Shown here piece by piece: positions 1-9,407 of a stretch of 64,000 bases of DNA. Numbering within the stretch: the stretch's first letter is position 1; the number at the start of each line of letters is the position of its first letter. The DNA is from Candidatus Delongbacteria bacterium (lineage in GTDB: Bacteria > CAIWAD01). The notes beneath the pieces were generated by a model. That model ran no database searches. It was not told the DNA's origin and worked only from the letters and a program-made list of their open reading frames with translations. The DNA lies in contig OY760505.1 in the NCBI GenBank assembly GCA_963663545.1, positions 1,477,937-1,541,936 on the forward strand, in the 5' to 3' direction. The position numbers were made by a program, and so were the translations under genes.

Positions 1-1305
1 CTCGGGACTGTGACAATGGGCACAGCTCTCGCTCGGATTCGCAAGGGTTTCCAGCGCAGCGCCCTCTGACTTCACGTGAGCACTTCCCGGCCCGTGACAC
101 GCTTCGCACTGCACGTTGTACAATTGCGGTGTATCACGGCGATTGATATATCCTGATTCGACCATATAGCCCGTGACACAGCGGCGCAGCGCGCTCTCAT
201 CATCAGATCTGCGGTCGCGAATCAAGTCGCTGAATGCACGAGCGTGCAGCGTCGACTTGTAAGCCTGATGCACTTCACGATGGCAGTTGCGGCATTCGCT
301 TTCACCGACAAAGGTGTACTTGCTGTCGTGCCACGGCAGAGTGCGCTCATCCAGATTCAGCTCGGATAGGCGCTCCTGGCGGTTGCGCTCAATCTCACGC
401 TTCTTCTCACGCTCCTGCTCACCCTTGAAGTCTTCCATCATCTGGGCAACTTCAGGATTACGCGGCATGTCGTGATCCAGCTTGATCAGCACGAATTTGC
501 TGTCAACGATCCGTTTTTCCCTGTTCAACAACAACTCGAAGCGCGCTATGTGACGGCCACGATCACCGCAATTGCCGACGTAGGTCTCGCCTACGCGACG
601 CGAAGTGTTCCAGGGATTCGCCACTCCTCCCAACATGACCACGTCAACCTCAGGAACCCGGCTGATGAGGTCTTCAGGAGTACGATTGCTGGTATGAGCC
701 AACATGACCAAGACATCGCACTTGCGACGGAATCGACGGACCGCTTCCTCCAGGTCGTCGGTAACACGGCTACTGTCCATGCCGTTGGACGGGTAAGTCG
801 GATCAGCCCAGGTGAAGACGCCGACCTTGATTCCGTCGACCTTGTGCACAGAGAAATCACGCACGGTCTTGGGAACAACGCCCTGTCTATAATTAGAACC
901 GACCCAGTCGAAGTTGGAGCGCTTGATCATCGGAGTAAGAACCGAATCCGGTAGCATGACGTCCTTGGGACCAAGCCCGATGACGTCATAATCCTGACGA
1001 TTCATAATGTCGATGATAAAACCCGCCTCGCGATCCTGTTCTTCGCCCCGCTTCATACTGTGCAGGTTACCCGCGTCAAGCAACATCATGTGCTTGCCGA
1101 ACATGGCACGCAAAGAGTCCACAACGTAAGTACGCCGGGCAAGACCGCCCAGCTTCTTGTTGTGTCAACCACAATCCTCGAGATAGCCCTTGCAATCGGA
1201 AGTAAACACCAAAGCCAGATCATAGCTGTCGCGCGAAGGCGTACAACTCGTCAGGCTTAGCAGCAGGGCTATCAGGGCAAGCAATCCAAGCAGCGTATTG
1301 CGCAT
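1..1305 (-). CDS. Lipoprotein with a degenerate 5'-nucleotidase/metallophosphoesterase-like N-domain fused to a multiheme cytochrome c; paralog of the next gene. The C-terminus runs off the window, and there is an in-frame TGA at 1165-1167 (possible pseudogene or Sec recoding).
   Basis: Hand translation of the reverse strand starts at ATG 1303-1305 (MRNTLLGLLALIALLLSLTSC, lipobox LTSC) with an AAGGAG RBS upstream. It is homologous throughout to ORF 1515..2891 and carries CRNCH, CEACH and CAHCH heme motifs. The reading frame is continuous except for the TGA at 1165-1167. Confidence 0.6.
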
Positions 1306-1365
1306 GTTGCCCTCATCTCCTTAAAACACTATGCCGAAGTACTCTTCGGCGCCAACACGTCATTC

Positions 1366-1377
1366 ATCCATATGGAT
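1366..1377. promoter_or_regulatory. 12-bp perfect palindrome ATCCATATGGAT upstream of the first cytochrome-lipoprotein gene
   Basis: The palindrome lies about 60 nt upstream of start codon 1305. A GCCGAAG-tact-CTTCGGC hairpin at 1333-1350 lies in the 5'UTR. Confidence 0.35.
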
Positions 1378-1514
1378 ATGGATAAGACTCGGAATATACG
1401 CCAATCACAAAGCAGACACAAGCGAATTCTCATACAGTATTTCGCGTTACACCGAAGAGGTTAACGCTGCGAGGAAAACAACGAGCATCACTCCAATCTG
1501 CTTCGTAATATCAG

Positions 1515-2891
1515 CTACTTACTAAGCATCGACAGTGGGGGAACGCGATGCAAGCCAGCGTCCAAATCTCCATCGACAGTAAATGCGTTAACGTCGTGAC
1601 ATGTTCCGCAGGATTGCCAGGGATCGGCCAAGGTCCCCGTCTCTCCACCATTAGCGTCTACGTGAGCACTTCCCGGGCCATGGCAAGCCTCACATTGGAC
1701 GTTGTAAAGCCAGCTGGAACTGCGATCCACATAGCCGCCACGTACCAGGTAGCCCGTGACACAGCGGCGAAGCTCTGATGGGTTTTCCTCTTCTCCTGAT
1801 CGTAATAGGGCCGCGTAAGCTGTAGCATGGGGAGTTGCTTCGAATGCCGCATAGATACCGGCGTGACACTCCTTGCAGGCACGGGCTCCCAGAAAGAAGT
1901 GCTTCGCGTCATGATAGAGCAAGGCTGTCTCATCCAAATCCAGCTCAGTCAGGATCTGCTGCCGTTTTGCTTCTTGCGCCTCGCGACGCTGAACTCGCAC
2001 CTCTTGTTTGAATTCGCGAATACGTCGGGCCGTCACGGAATCCTCAGGAAGACCCGGCTCCACGGGAATCAGCACGTACTTCGAAGAGCTGATGCGCTTC
2101 TCGCGCGTCAACTCCAACTCGAAACGGCCGATGTACTGGCCGCGATCTCCGCAATTGCCGACCAGCATGCCATCCAGATTAGATTCGCTCATGACCGGAA
2201 AGCCTACACCTCCAAGCAGCACAACGTCTGCGCCCGCCGCCTGCTTCAAGAAGACCTCGGGATGTAACACGTCAGTGTACACGATCAGTACCAACACGTC
2301 GCATTCCCGGCGCACGCGAATGATCTGCTCATGCAGATTTCCCTCAAGGTCGTTGTGGCCAAGCGCGCCGTGTTCCCAATTTGGGTCTATCCAGTTCAAC
2401 ACCGTGATACGTAGGCCGTTGATTCGCTCGTGACACACCTGTTCAACCTGGGAGGGAATTGTATCACGACGATAGTTCGACCCCAGCCAGGGGATTTCCG
2501 ATTGCTTCACCAATGGACGAAGGAGACTGTCTGGAAGTACGGCATCCAGCGGTCCGAGACCGATCAGGCTATATCCCTGCTGCTCAAGAATCCTCTCCAT
2601 CAGCAATGCTGACTGCTGCGCCTCTAGGTCGGTGTTGCTTCCGTGTAGATTGCCAGTATGAATCAGCAGCATCTCTTCGCCCATCTCCCGGCGCAGACTA
2701 TCCAGGATATAGCTGTGTCGCGCCAGGCCGCCCAGTTTGCCGCTATCGAAATCGCAGCTTTCCAGATATCCCTTGCTGTCGGAACTGAACGCCACAACGA
2801 GCCTGTATGAATCCGGTGTATCACGACATCCCGATAGAACAGCGGCAATCAGCCCGAGCAGGATCAGCGAGAGATGCGCCGTACGCTTCAT
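1515..2891 (-). CDS. Lipoprotein with a pseudo-5'-nucleotidase (UshA-like metallophosphatase fold whose metal ligands are lost) N-domain and a C-terminal tri-heme cytochrome c domain.
   Basis: 458 aa with signal peptide plus lipobox LSGC. It aligns to the ushA-like ORF 32470..33927, but D-x-H is replaced by D-x-K, GD by GN and GNHE by GLGP. It has three CxxCH motifs (CKECH, CEACH, CGTCH). Confidence 0.7.
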   Translation of the reverse strand: MKRTAHLSLILLGLIAAVLSGCRDTPDSYRLVVAFSSDSKGYLESCDFDSGKLGGLARHSYILDSLRREMGEEMLLIHTGNLHGSNTDLEAQQSALLMERILEQQGYSLIGLGPLDAVLPDSLLRPLVKQSEIPWLGSNYRRDTIPSQVEQVCHERINGLRITVLNWIDPNWEHGALGHNDLEGNLHEQIIRVRRECDVLVLIVYTDVLHPEVFLKQAAGADVVLLGGVGFPVMSESNLDGMLVGNCGDRGQYIGRFELELTREKRISSSKYVLIPVEPGLPEDSVTARRIREFKQEVRVQRREAQEAKRQQILTELDLDETALLYHDAKHFFLGARACKECHAGIYAAFEATPHATAYAALLRSGEEENPSELRRCVTGYLVRGGYVDRSSSWLYNVQCEACHGPGSAHVDANGGETGTLADPWQSCGTCHDVNAFTVDGDLDAGLHRVPPLSMLSK

Positions 2892-3553
2892 TCGTCCTCC
2901 AAGGCAGACGATTGTGATCCGCCTTCGTCACGCATATCGCACAGCAGAGCGATGAACTCACTCAGCACGTTGGCGGTCATTCCCCAGACAGTAGCTCCTG
3001 GAAGGTCAAAATCCCAACCGGGAGTAATGGGAAACCACGGCTCTACCGGCTCGCCCGCAACTTGCCGGAAAATGCGCGAATAGCGCCGCCTGTTGGCACA
3101 CTTGGCCAACTCAGCCAAGCTCGGCAGCAGAACTTCATCCGTTTCTTCTGTCAGAATGTGTGGCCGCAGGTCACTGGCTAACAGGCCCGCTACCGGAGTG
3201 ACCAGGTTCTGTGATACAGGCACCCATTGATCACTCAGCATCCCGAGTAGCTCCACATCCTTCGGCGGAATCCCTAGTTCCTCCTGCGCTTCGCGAAGAG
3301 CAATGGCCACAGCGTCGCCATCGCCTTCTTCTTCACGCCCACCGGGAAGTGCGATCTGCCCCGGATGGTGTTCCAAGGCGGCTCCGCGGCGCACCAGCCA
3401 AAGATGTAACACGCCATTTGTATCAAACTGAAAGGGAAGCAACACAGCTGCACGATGCGCGCCTTCAATACTGAGGCGCCTGGATTGGTGCTCAGTAAAG
3501 AGTGCACGTAGCCAGTCGGCATCGACACGCTCCGGCAAACGCAGCCCTACCAA
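2888..3553 (-). CDS. NUDIX hydrolase, CoA pyrophosphatase (NudL)-like
   Basis: NUDIX box LPGGREEEGDGDAVAIALREAQEELG. The stop and start overlap the downstream cytochrome gene by 4 nt (ATGA). Confidence 0.7.
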   Translation of the reverse strand: MVGLRLPERVDADWLRALFTEHQSRRLSIEGAHRAAVLLPFQFDTNGVLHLWLVRRGAALEHHPGQIALPGGREEEGDGDAVAIALREAQEELGIPPKDVELLGMLSDQWVPVSQNLVTPVAGLLASDLRPHILTEETDEVLLPSLAELAKCANRRRYSRIFRQVAGEPVEPWFPITPGWDFDLPGATVWGMTANVLSEFIALLCDMRDEGGSQSSALEDE

Positions 3554-5769
3554 TCTGTTCCCTGATCGTGGCGCTGCACGCGTATCACCTCTTTCACTTG
3601 ACGCAGGCGTTTGAGTACCGTGGTAAGTTGAGCCAGGTTTTTTACATCGAGGATAATGCGACCAATGGCAAGTTCATCTTGCCGGCGCATGTTGAACTGC
3701 AGGATATTGACATCGAGTTTGGCCAGCACTTCGGCCACGTCATGCAGCAGGTTTCGCCGGTCCGAAGCAACAAGAATGATGCGGGCGTTGAACTGCTGAT
3801 CGCGACTGGCATCCCATTCCACCTCAACAATGCGCTCGGGTTGACTAAGCAGCTGGTTGATGTTGGGACAGGTCCGCCGGTGAACCTTGACGCCCTTACC
3901 TGTAACGATCAGGCCAATGATATCGTCACCGGGGACGGGCTGGCAACACTTCGAAAAGTGAATCACCATGTTGCTCATGCCGTGCACACGTACCGCGCTT
4001 GGATTGCGATCCTGCTTGTCGCCGCGGCGAAAAATGCGCATCAGCAGGCTTTCGGGGCGTGCCGGAGTCTCTGCGGGATCCAGCTTGCCGATCACATTGC
4101 CAACAGGAAGGTCACCGTTACCAATAGCCACGTAAAGCGCCTGCGCACTGCGGAAGCCCATACTTTGGGCCAGATCCTCCAGATCCACCGTCCTTAAGGT
4201 GATCGAACGCCGTCCGCACTCCTTGCGCAACACTTCCTCGCCCAACTCCAGACTCTGTTGCCACTGGCTCTCGCGCAACCAGCGTTTGATGCGCGAGCGT
4301 GCCTTGTGCGTGCGCACAATTTTCAGCCAGTCGAGAGTCGGCGTTTGCTTCTTGGAGGTAATCACCTCTACTGTGCAGCCGCTGGTGAGTTCGTAGTTCA
4401 GCGGTACGATGTGGGCATTTACCTTTGCGCCGATGCAATGCAGACCGACACTGGTATGCACGGCAAAAGCAAAATCGATAGGCGTGCTCCCGGCAGGCAG
4501 CTTGAAGAGATCACCTTTTGGCGTAAAGACGAAGATGTCGTCTTGGTAGAGGTTGATTTTCAGGCCTTCGAGGAATTCCTGATTGCTGCTGTCGTAGCTG
4601 TCCTCATCCAACACCTGCTTGATCCAGGTGGAAATGCGGTCGAGTTGCTCGTCGGTGCGGTCGCCGCCTTCCTTGTACAGCCAGTGCGCGGCAAGTCCGT
4701 ACTCGGCGACACGGTTCATCTCTTCGGTGCGAATCTGCACTTCAAGGGTTCGTCCACGCGGACCAACAACCTTGGTGTGCAAGCTCTGGTAGCCGTTCGA
4801 CTTGGGAGCCGCGATGTAATCCGAGAAGCGATCCGTGATGGGCGTGTAAATGTTGTGTACTACACCTAGCGCGAAATAGCAATCGCTTACCGTCGGCACA
4901 ATAACACGCACAGCAAACAGGTCGAGGATCTCCTCGAAGCTCTTGTTGCGCTTATGAATCTTGTGATACACAGAGTAGAAGTGCTTCGGCCTGCCGAAGA
5001 TGCGAAAGGTCTTGCCGTATTCCTCGAGCTTGCTGCGAAGTGGCGCGACGGCCTCTTCGATTACATCTTCGCGTTCGCCGTACTTGAGGTTGATGCGCTC
5101 TTCGAGATCGCGGTAAAATTCCGGTTCGAGCACTTTCAGCGAGAGGTCTTCCAACTCCCACTTGATGGAGCCAATACCAAAACGGTGCGCTAGGGGCGCG
5201 TAGAGCTCAATTGTCTCACGGGCGATGCGCTCGGCCTTGGCGTGTGACAGCGCATCAATGGTGCGCATGTTATGGAGTCGGTCGGCGAACTTGACGAAGA
5301 TGACGCGTATGTCCTGCGCCATCGATAAGAGCATCTTGCGATAATTCTCGCTCTGCTGATGCTCGAAGCTCTGGAATTTGAGGCCGCTGAGTTTTGTCAC
5401 ACCGTTGACAATAACCGCAACCTGATCGCCGAACTGCTCTTGCAGATTCGCCAGACTTGCTCCGCGATCCGCACTATCCTCTACTACGTCGTGCAAAAGA
5501 CTGGCAATCAGCGTGTCCTGATCCATCTTCAGACCGACCAGAATGCGCATCACCTGCACAGGATGCTCGATGTAGGGTTCGCCGGACTTGCGAGCTTGTC
5601 CCTCATGCATCTGCCAGGCGTAGTCGAATGCCTGTAGTACTTGCTCATCGCTAAGTGCTGGCGAGTACTCACGCGCCTGTACAAGCAACTCCTCGATCTC
5701 GCTACGGTAGTGGTCGTAGTTGAGAGTTGTATCACGGGGCGGATTACTGTGCTTCACAAGTTTCGGCAT
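3547..5769 (-). CDS. relA: Bifunctional (p)ppGpp synthetase/hydrolase RelA/SpoT (Rel)
   Basis: 740 aa with an HD hydrolase motif HDVVEDS, the synthetase motif RFSDYIAAPKSNGYQSLHT, and TGS and ACT C-terminal regions. Confidence 0.9.
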   Translation of the reverse strand: MPKLVKHSNPPRDTTLNYDHYRSEIEELLVQAREYSPALSDEQVLQAFDYAWQMHEGQARKSGEPYIEHPVQVMRILVGLKMDQDTLIASLLHDVVEDSADRGASLANLQEQFGDQVAVIVNGVTKLSGLKFQSFEHQQSENYRKMLLSMAQDIRVIFVKFADRLHNMRTIDALSHAKAERIARETIELYAPLAHRFGIGSIKWELEDLSLKVLEPEFYRDLEERINLKYGEREDVIEEAVAPLRSKLEEYGKTFRIFGRPKHFYSVYHKIHKRNKSFEEILDLFAVRVIVPTVSDCYFALGVVHNIYTPITDRFSDYIAAPKSNGYQSLHTKVVGPRGRTLEVQIRTEEMNRVAEYGLAAHWLYKEGGDRTDEQLDRISTWIKQVLDEDSYDSSNQEFLEGLKINLYQDDIFVFTPKGDLFKLPAGSTPIDFAFAVHTSVGLHCIGAKVNAHIVPLNYELTSGCTVEVITSKKQTPTLDWLKIVRTHKARSRIKRWLRESQWQQSLELGEEVLRKECGRRSITLRTVDLEDLAQSMGFRSAQALYVAIGNGDLPVGNVIGKLDPAETPARPESLLMRIFRRGDKQDRNPSAVRVHGMSNMVIHFSKCCQPVPGDDIIGLIVTGKGVKVHRRTCPNINQLLSQPERIVEVEWDASRDQQFNARIILVASDRRNLLHDVAEVLAKLDVNILQFNMRRQDELAIGRIILDVKNLAQLTTVLKRLRQVKEVIRVQRHDQGTDW

Positions 5770-5786
5770 AGGTTCAGGTCCGCAGA

Positions 5787-7235
5787 TTAGAAGGGCGAAT
5801 CGTCCTCAGCAAAACGACTTCCCGCGTGTCTGATTTCCGGCGGAATTTCTTCGTGCGATCCCGCTCCGGGCGGCGGATCTCCGGCATTGTAATCGACCTC
5901 GGAGAAGCGGCCACTGCTCTTGTCGAAGTGCAAGGTGACAATGCCTGTGGGACCATTACGATGCTTGCCCACAATGACTTCCGCCTTTCCTTCATTGCTG
6001 TTGCCCTCAGCGTCAGTGGCCGAGTACATCTCAGGACGATACACGAAGACCACAAGGTCAGCATCCTGTTCAATGGCGCCTGAATCGCGTAGATCGGAAA
6101 GCATCGGCCGCTTGTCACCGCCACGCTGCTCAACCATTCGACTTAGCTGCGAAAGCGCAATGATAGGAACATGCAACTCTTTGGCGAGCGCTTTGATGGA
6201 TTTGGAAACCATCGCAACACCCAGCTGGTGATTGTCGGCCTTTGGAATCTGCATCAACTGCAGGTAGTCGAGTACAATCAACTTGATTCCATACTGTGAC
6301 ACAGCACGCCTGGACTTACTGCGCATCTCGGCCATGGATAAGCCAGGTGTTTCATCGATGTAAATCTTGTAATCGGTGAGACGTATCACAGCTTCCTGCA
6401 CACGTCCCCACTCAGCACCGTAGAGTTTCTTGGTGCGGATGCGCTTTCCCTCAACACCAGAGAGGCGGCTGATCAGGCGGTAGGCAAGCTGGTCCGCTGA
6501 CATTTCCAGGCTGAAGAATAGCACACCGTGGCCACGCTCCGCTGCGTTAAGTGCAAAGTTCAATGCTAGCGCGGTCTTGCCCATCGAGGGCCGCGCAGCC
6601 AGAATAATCATATCAGAGGGCTGAAAACCACTGGTCATCTCATCCAGACGATTGAAGCCGGTTGGGACGCCGAGTAGTTCATGCTCTTCACTGCTGTCCA
6701 GATGCTCCATCGTCTGGTGCATCAGGCTGGACAAGGCAATCAGATCCTTGCGATCCGTGCTGTTGCCTAGTGAGAAAAACGCGCTTTCTGCCTCGTTCAG
6801 CAAGTCAGCGGGATCAGTTCCGGGCGTATAGGCGTTTTCCAGAATACCCGAACTTGCCTGTATCACACGGCGCAAGAGCGCTCGATCGCGAACGATGCCT
6901 GCGTGATACTCGGCATTGGCAGCGCTGTCCACGTATACCGATAGCGCTTGCAGGTATTCCAGCCCACCCGCTTCGCCAATGTAATCGCGTTTGCCACCGC
7001 TGGTCATCCGCTCCAGCTCCTGCTGGACCTGCAGATAATCCACCGGCTCGCCACGCTGCGCCAGATTCAAAATGGATTGATAAATGTGCTGATGAGAAAG
7101 GCTGTAAAAGTCCTCGCACTGCCCAAGGATCTGGACAACGGAATCCACCGCCGCACTGGAGATCAGCGCTGCGCCAAGCACACATTTCTCGGCTTCGTCG
7201 TGATGCGGAAGCAGGCGTCCCTGTTCGTCCTTCAT
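5787..7235 (-). CDS. dnaB: Replicative DNA helicase DnaB
   Basis: Walker A ARPSMGKTALALNFALNAA plus the DnaB N-terminal domain. It has a C-terminal extension of about 50 aa that is Pro/Gly-rich. Confidence 0.9.
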   Translation of the reverse strand: MKDEQGRLLPHHDEAEKCVLGAALISSAAVDSVVQILGQCEDFYSLSHQHIYQSILNLAQRGEPVDYLQVQQELERMTSGGKRDYIGEAGGLEYLQALSVYVDSAANAEYHAGIVRDRALLRRVIQASSGILENAYTPGTDPADLLNEAESAFFSLGNSTDRKDLIALSSLMHQTMEHLDSSEEHELLGVPTGFNRLDEMTSGFQPSDMIILAARPSMGKTALALNFALNAAERGHGVLFFSLEMSADQLAYRLISRLSGVEGKRIRTKKLYGAEWGRVQEAVIRLTDYKIYIDETPGLSMAEMRSKSRRAVSQYGIKLIVLDYLQLMQIPKADNHQLGVAMVSKSIKALAKELHVPIIALSQLSRMVEQRGGDKRPMLSDLRDSGAIEQDADLVVFVYRPEMYSATDAEGNSNEGKAEVIVGKHRNGPTGIVTLHFDKSSGRFSEVDYNAGDPPPGAGSHEEIPPEIRHAGSRFAEDDSPF

Positions 7236-7251
7236 GGCTCAGCGTTCGCGA

Positions 7252-8184
7252 TCAGCTAAGGCTGCCCGCGCTTCCTCCAAGTTTGTGATACAAGGCCTGT
7301 GCCGCCTGTAGATCTTCCCAAGCGGGACGCTTCCAATGCTGATTACGGAGTAAGGCAGCGGGATGATATGTGACACGCAGCGGAGTTCCTCGCCACTCGT
7401 GCGTTGCACCGCGCATCTCGCGAAGGCTTAGTTCATTCGCCAATAAGGTTTTGCCAGCAACGCGTCCCAGGGCCAGAAGCAGCTTGGGTTGAATGAGCTG
7501 AAGCTGGCGCTCCAATAGTGGGACACAATTACCAACCTCATCTGGATTCGGATCACGATTGTTGGTTGGGCGGCACTTGAGGATGTTGCAGATATAGACG
7601 TCCTCACGAGCAAAACCGATAGCAGCCAGCATCTTGGTCAAAAGCTGCCCCGCTGGCCCGACAAAGGGTTCACCCTGTTCGTCTTCCATGGCCCCTGGCG
7701 CTTCCCCTACCAACACAAGATCGGCATTGGGATTGCCTGCGCCAAACACCATGTGCTGGCGCTTCTTCCCAATAGCACAACGCTGACACGCCCGCGCTAC
7801 TTCTCGAAGCGAATCCAGATTGCCGGCACGTAAAATCTGTGATCCATCCTCGCGCCCTGCCACATTCGCATCTGTAACATGTATCACCGGAGGTTTGACC
7901 GCAGTTGGCTCCTCAATGGTTTGGGCGCGCACCACAATCTCTACCGATGATGGATCCTGTGTCACATCTGCCGGACAGGCCTTGGCATGCTGTTGTGCGA
8001 TTTCTGAAGCTTGTCTCTCCGGGGATACCTGCCTACGCCGTGGCACCTGCCTTCGCGCCTGTTGAAGCTTCGCCGAGTCAAGCAAGGTCTTCTGCAACTC
8101 GGTGTCACAACCGAAAGCAAGCGGACCGAAGTCCGCGCGCTCAGCCAGCCACTGTAGTAATAGAGGTTGCAGTTCACTTTTCAT
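7252..8184 (-). CDS. Uracil-DNA glycosylase, family 4, with an N-terminal extension of about 120 aa
   Basis: The C-terminal domain has GEAPGAMEDEQGEPFVGPAG and the HPAALLRN motifs typical of family-4 UDG. TGA stop at 7252-7254. Confidence 0.8.
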   Translation of the reverse strand: MKSELQPLLLQWLAERADFGPLAFGCDTELQKTLLDSAKLQQARRQVPRRRQVSPERQASEIAQQHAKACPADVTQDPSSVEIVVRAQTIEEPTAVKPPVIHVTDANVAGREDGSQILRAGNLDSLREVARACQRCAIGKKRQHMVFGAGNPNADLVLVGEAPGAMEDEQGEPFVGPAGQLLTKMLAAIGFAREDVYICNILKCRPTNNRDPNPDEVGNCVPLLERQLQLIQPKLLLALGRVAGKTLLANELSLREMRGATHEWRGTPLRVTYHPAALLRNQHWKRPAWEDLQAAQALYHKLGGSAGSLS

Positions 8185-9407
8185 TCAGCAACTCCCGTGT
8201 GCGCAGGAGCATTCAAGAGAAGCGCAGCCCGCTGCAGGACACGCGTGGCAGCGTCTTCTTTGCTCATTAGGTCCAGATCTTCGCGAACGCCGTCCACAGA
8301 CAATAGAGTCAATCGATTTGTATCACATGCAAATCCGGCACCTTCTTCGCGGGGATTGTTCAGACAGATGATATCCAGATGTTTGCGTCTCAGCTTGTCC
8401 AGAGCCAGTTCAACACCATTCTCCACCTGCACGGCAAACCCGACATGAACACGTTCGCCTTTGTCCTTGGCGAGGGCCGCAAGGATATCGATTGTCCGTG
8501 ATAGCTCAAGACACATTGGACCTTCGCTCTTGCTGAGCTTGCCGGCGTGATACACCGACGGTGTATAGTCGGCTACAGCTGCCGCCATAATGATGAGATC
8601 TGCACCCCTTGCCTGCTGTAGAACAGCTTCAGCCATTTGAGCCGCGCTGCGTACGTTGATGCGTGTTACACCAACGGGCGTTTCCTGTGTTGAGGGTCCG
8701 GCCACAAGCACGGTATCGGCGCCCATCCACTGTGCCACACGAGCCAGGGCAAAGCCCATCTTTCCGGTAGAGCGATTGCTCAGGAAACGAACCTCGTCGA
8801 TATCCTCGTGGGTAGGACCTGCGCTGATCAGCACTCGTCTGCCTCGTAGCTCATCACCGGCCATTAGGAGTGCGCGTGCGTGCTCGAAAATCTCTTCTGG
8901 CTCAGCCATGCGACCATCGCCGGTCTCACCACAGGCCAACCAGCCACTAGTTGGTGATACAATGCGAGCACCATCATGCTGCACTTGCGCAAGATTGCGT
9001 TGCACAGCCGGATTCGCCCACATGCGCTTGTTCATCGCAGGCGCAAACAGAATCGTTTTGTCGTAGGCGCAGAGCAGGGTGGAAAGGAAGTCATCTGCGA
9101 TACCGTTGGCGACCTTGCCCAGGATGTTCGCCGATGCCGGAGCTACAATCGCCAAGTCGGCCCAGATACTCAGATCAACGTGCTCAGCACCGTGGACGAC
9201 TCCGCCGTTGAAAGGATCAGCGTAGACAGGATTTCCGCTAAGGGTAGAGAAGGTCAAGGGGCCGACGAACTGCTCCGCGTGACGCGTCATTACCACACGG
9301 ACATCGGCCCCCCAAGAAGAGAGCAGGCGGACCAACCGGCAGGATTTGTAACACGCAATTCCACCGGTCAGCCCCAGCAGGATCCTAGGCTTCGCTGGGT
9401 CCGACAT
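8181..9407 (-). CDS. coaBC: Bifunctional phosphopantothenoylcysteine decarboxylase / phosphopantothenate-cysteine ligase CoaBC
   Basis: Flavoprotein motif ILLGLTGGIACYK and a DFP ligase domain. The start is placed at the internal Met (MSDPAKPR) to limit overlap with rpoZ. Confidence 0.85.
   Translation of the reverse strand: MSDPAKPRILLGLTGGIACYKSCRLVRLLSSWGADVRVVMTRHAEQFVGPLTFSTLSGNPVYADPFNGGVVHGAEHVDLSIWADLAIVAPASANILGKVANGIADDFLSTLLCAYDKTILFAPAMNKRMWANPAVQRNLAQVQHDGARIVSPTSGWLACGETGDGRMAEPEEIFEHARALLMAGDELRGRRVLISAGPTHEDIDEVRFLSNRSTGKMGFALARVAQWMGADTVLVAGPSTQETPVGVTRINVRSAAQMAEAVLQQARGADLIIMAAAVADYTPSVYHAGKLSKSEGPMCLELSRTIDILAALAKDKGERVHVGFAVQVENGVELALDKLRRKHLDIICLNNPREEGAGFACDTNRLTLLSVDGVREDLDLMSKEDAATRVLQRAALLLNAPAHTGVAE

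Noticed and set aside
472-954. 160-aa plus-strand ORF
   Set aside because: It lies opposite the homology-supported minus-strand cytochrome-lipoprotein paralog.
1165-1167. TGA read as a sense codon through a genome-wide alternative genetic code
   Set aside because: TGA functions as an ordinary stop for several well-conserved genes in this window (udg, rnz, lgt, punA), so a recoded genetic code is excluded. Only local Sec recoding or a pseudogene remain possible.
5787-7235. Intein or insertion in dnaB
   Set aside because: The length (482 aa) and contiguous DnaB motifs show no intein. Only a short C-terminal low-complexity extension is present.
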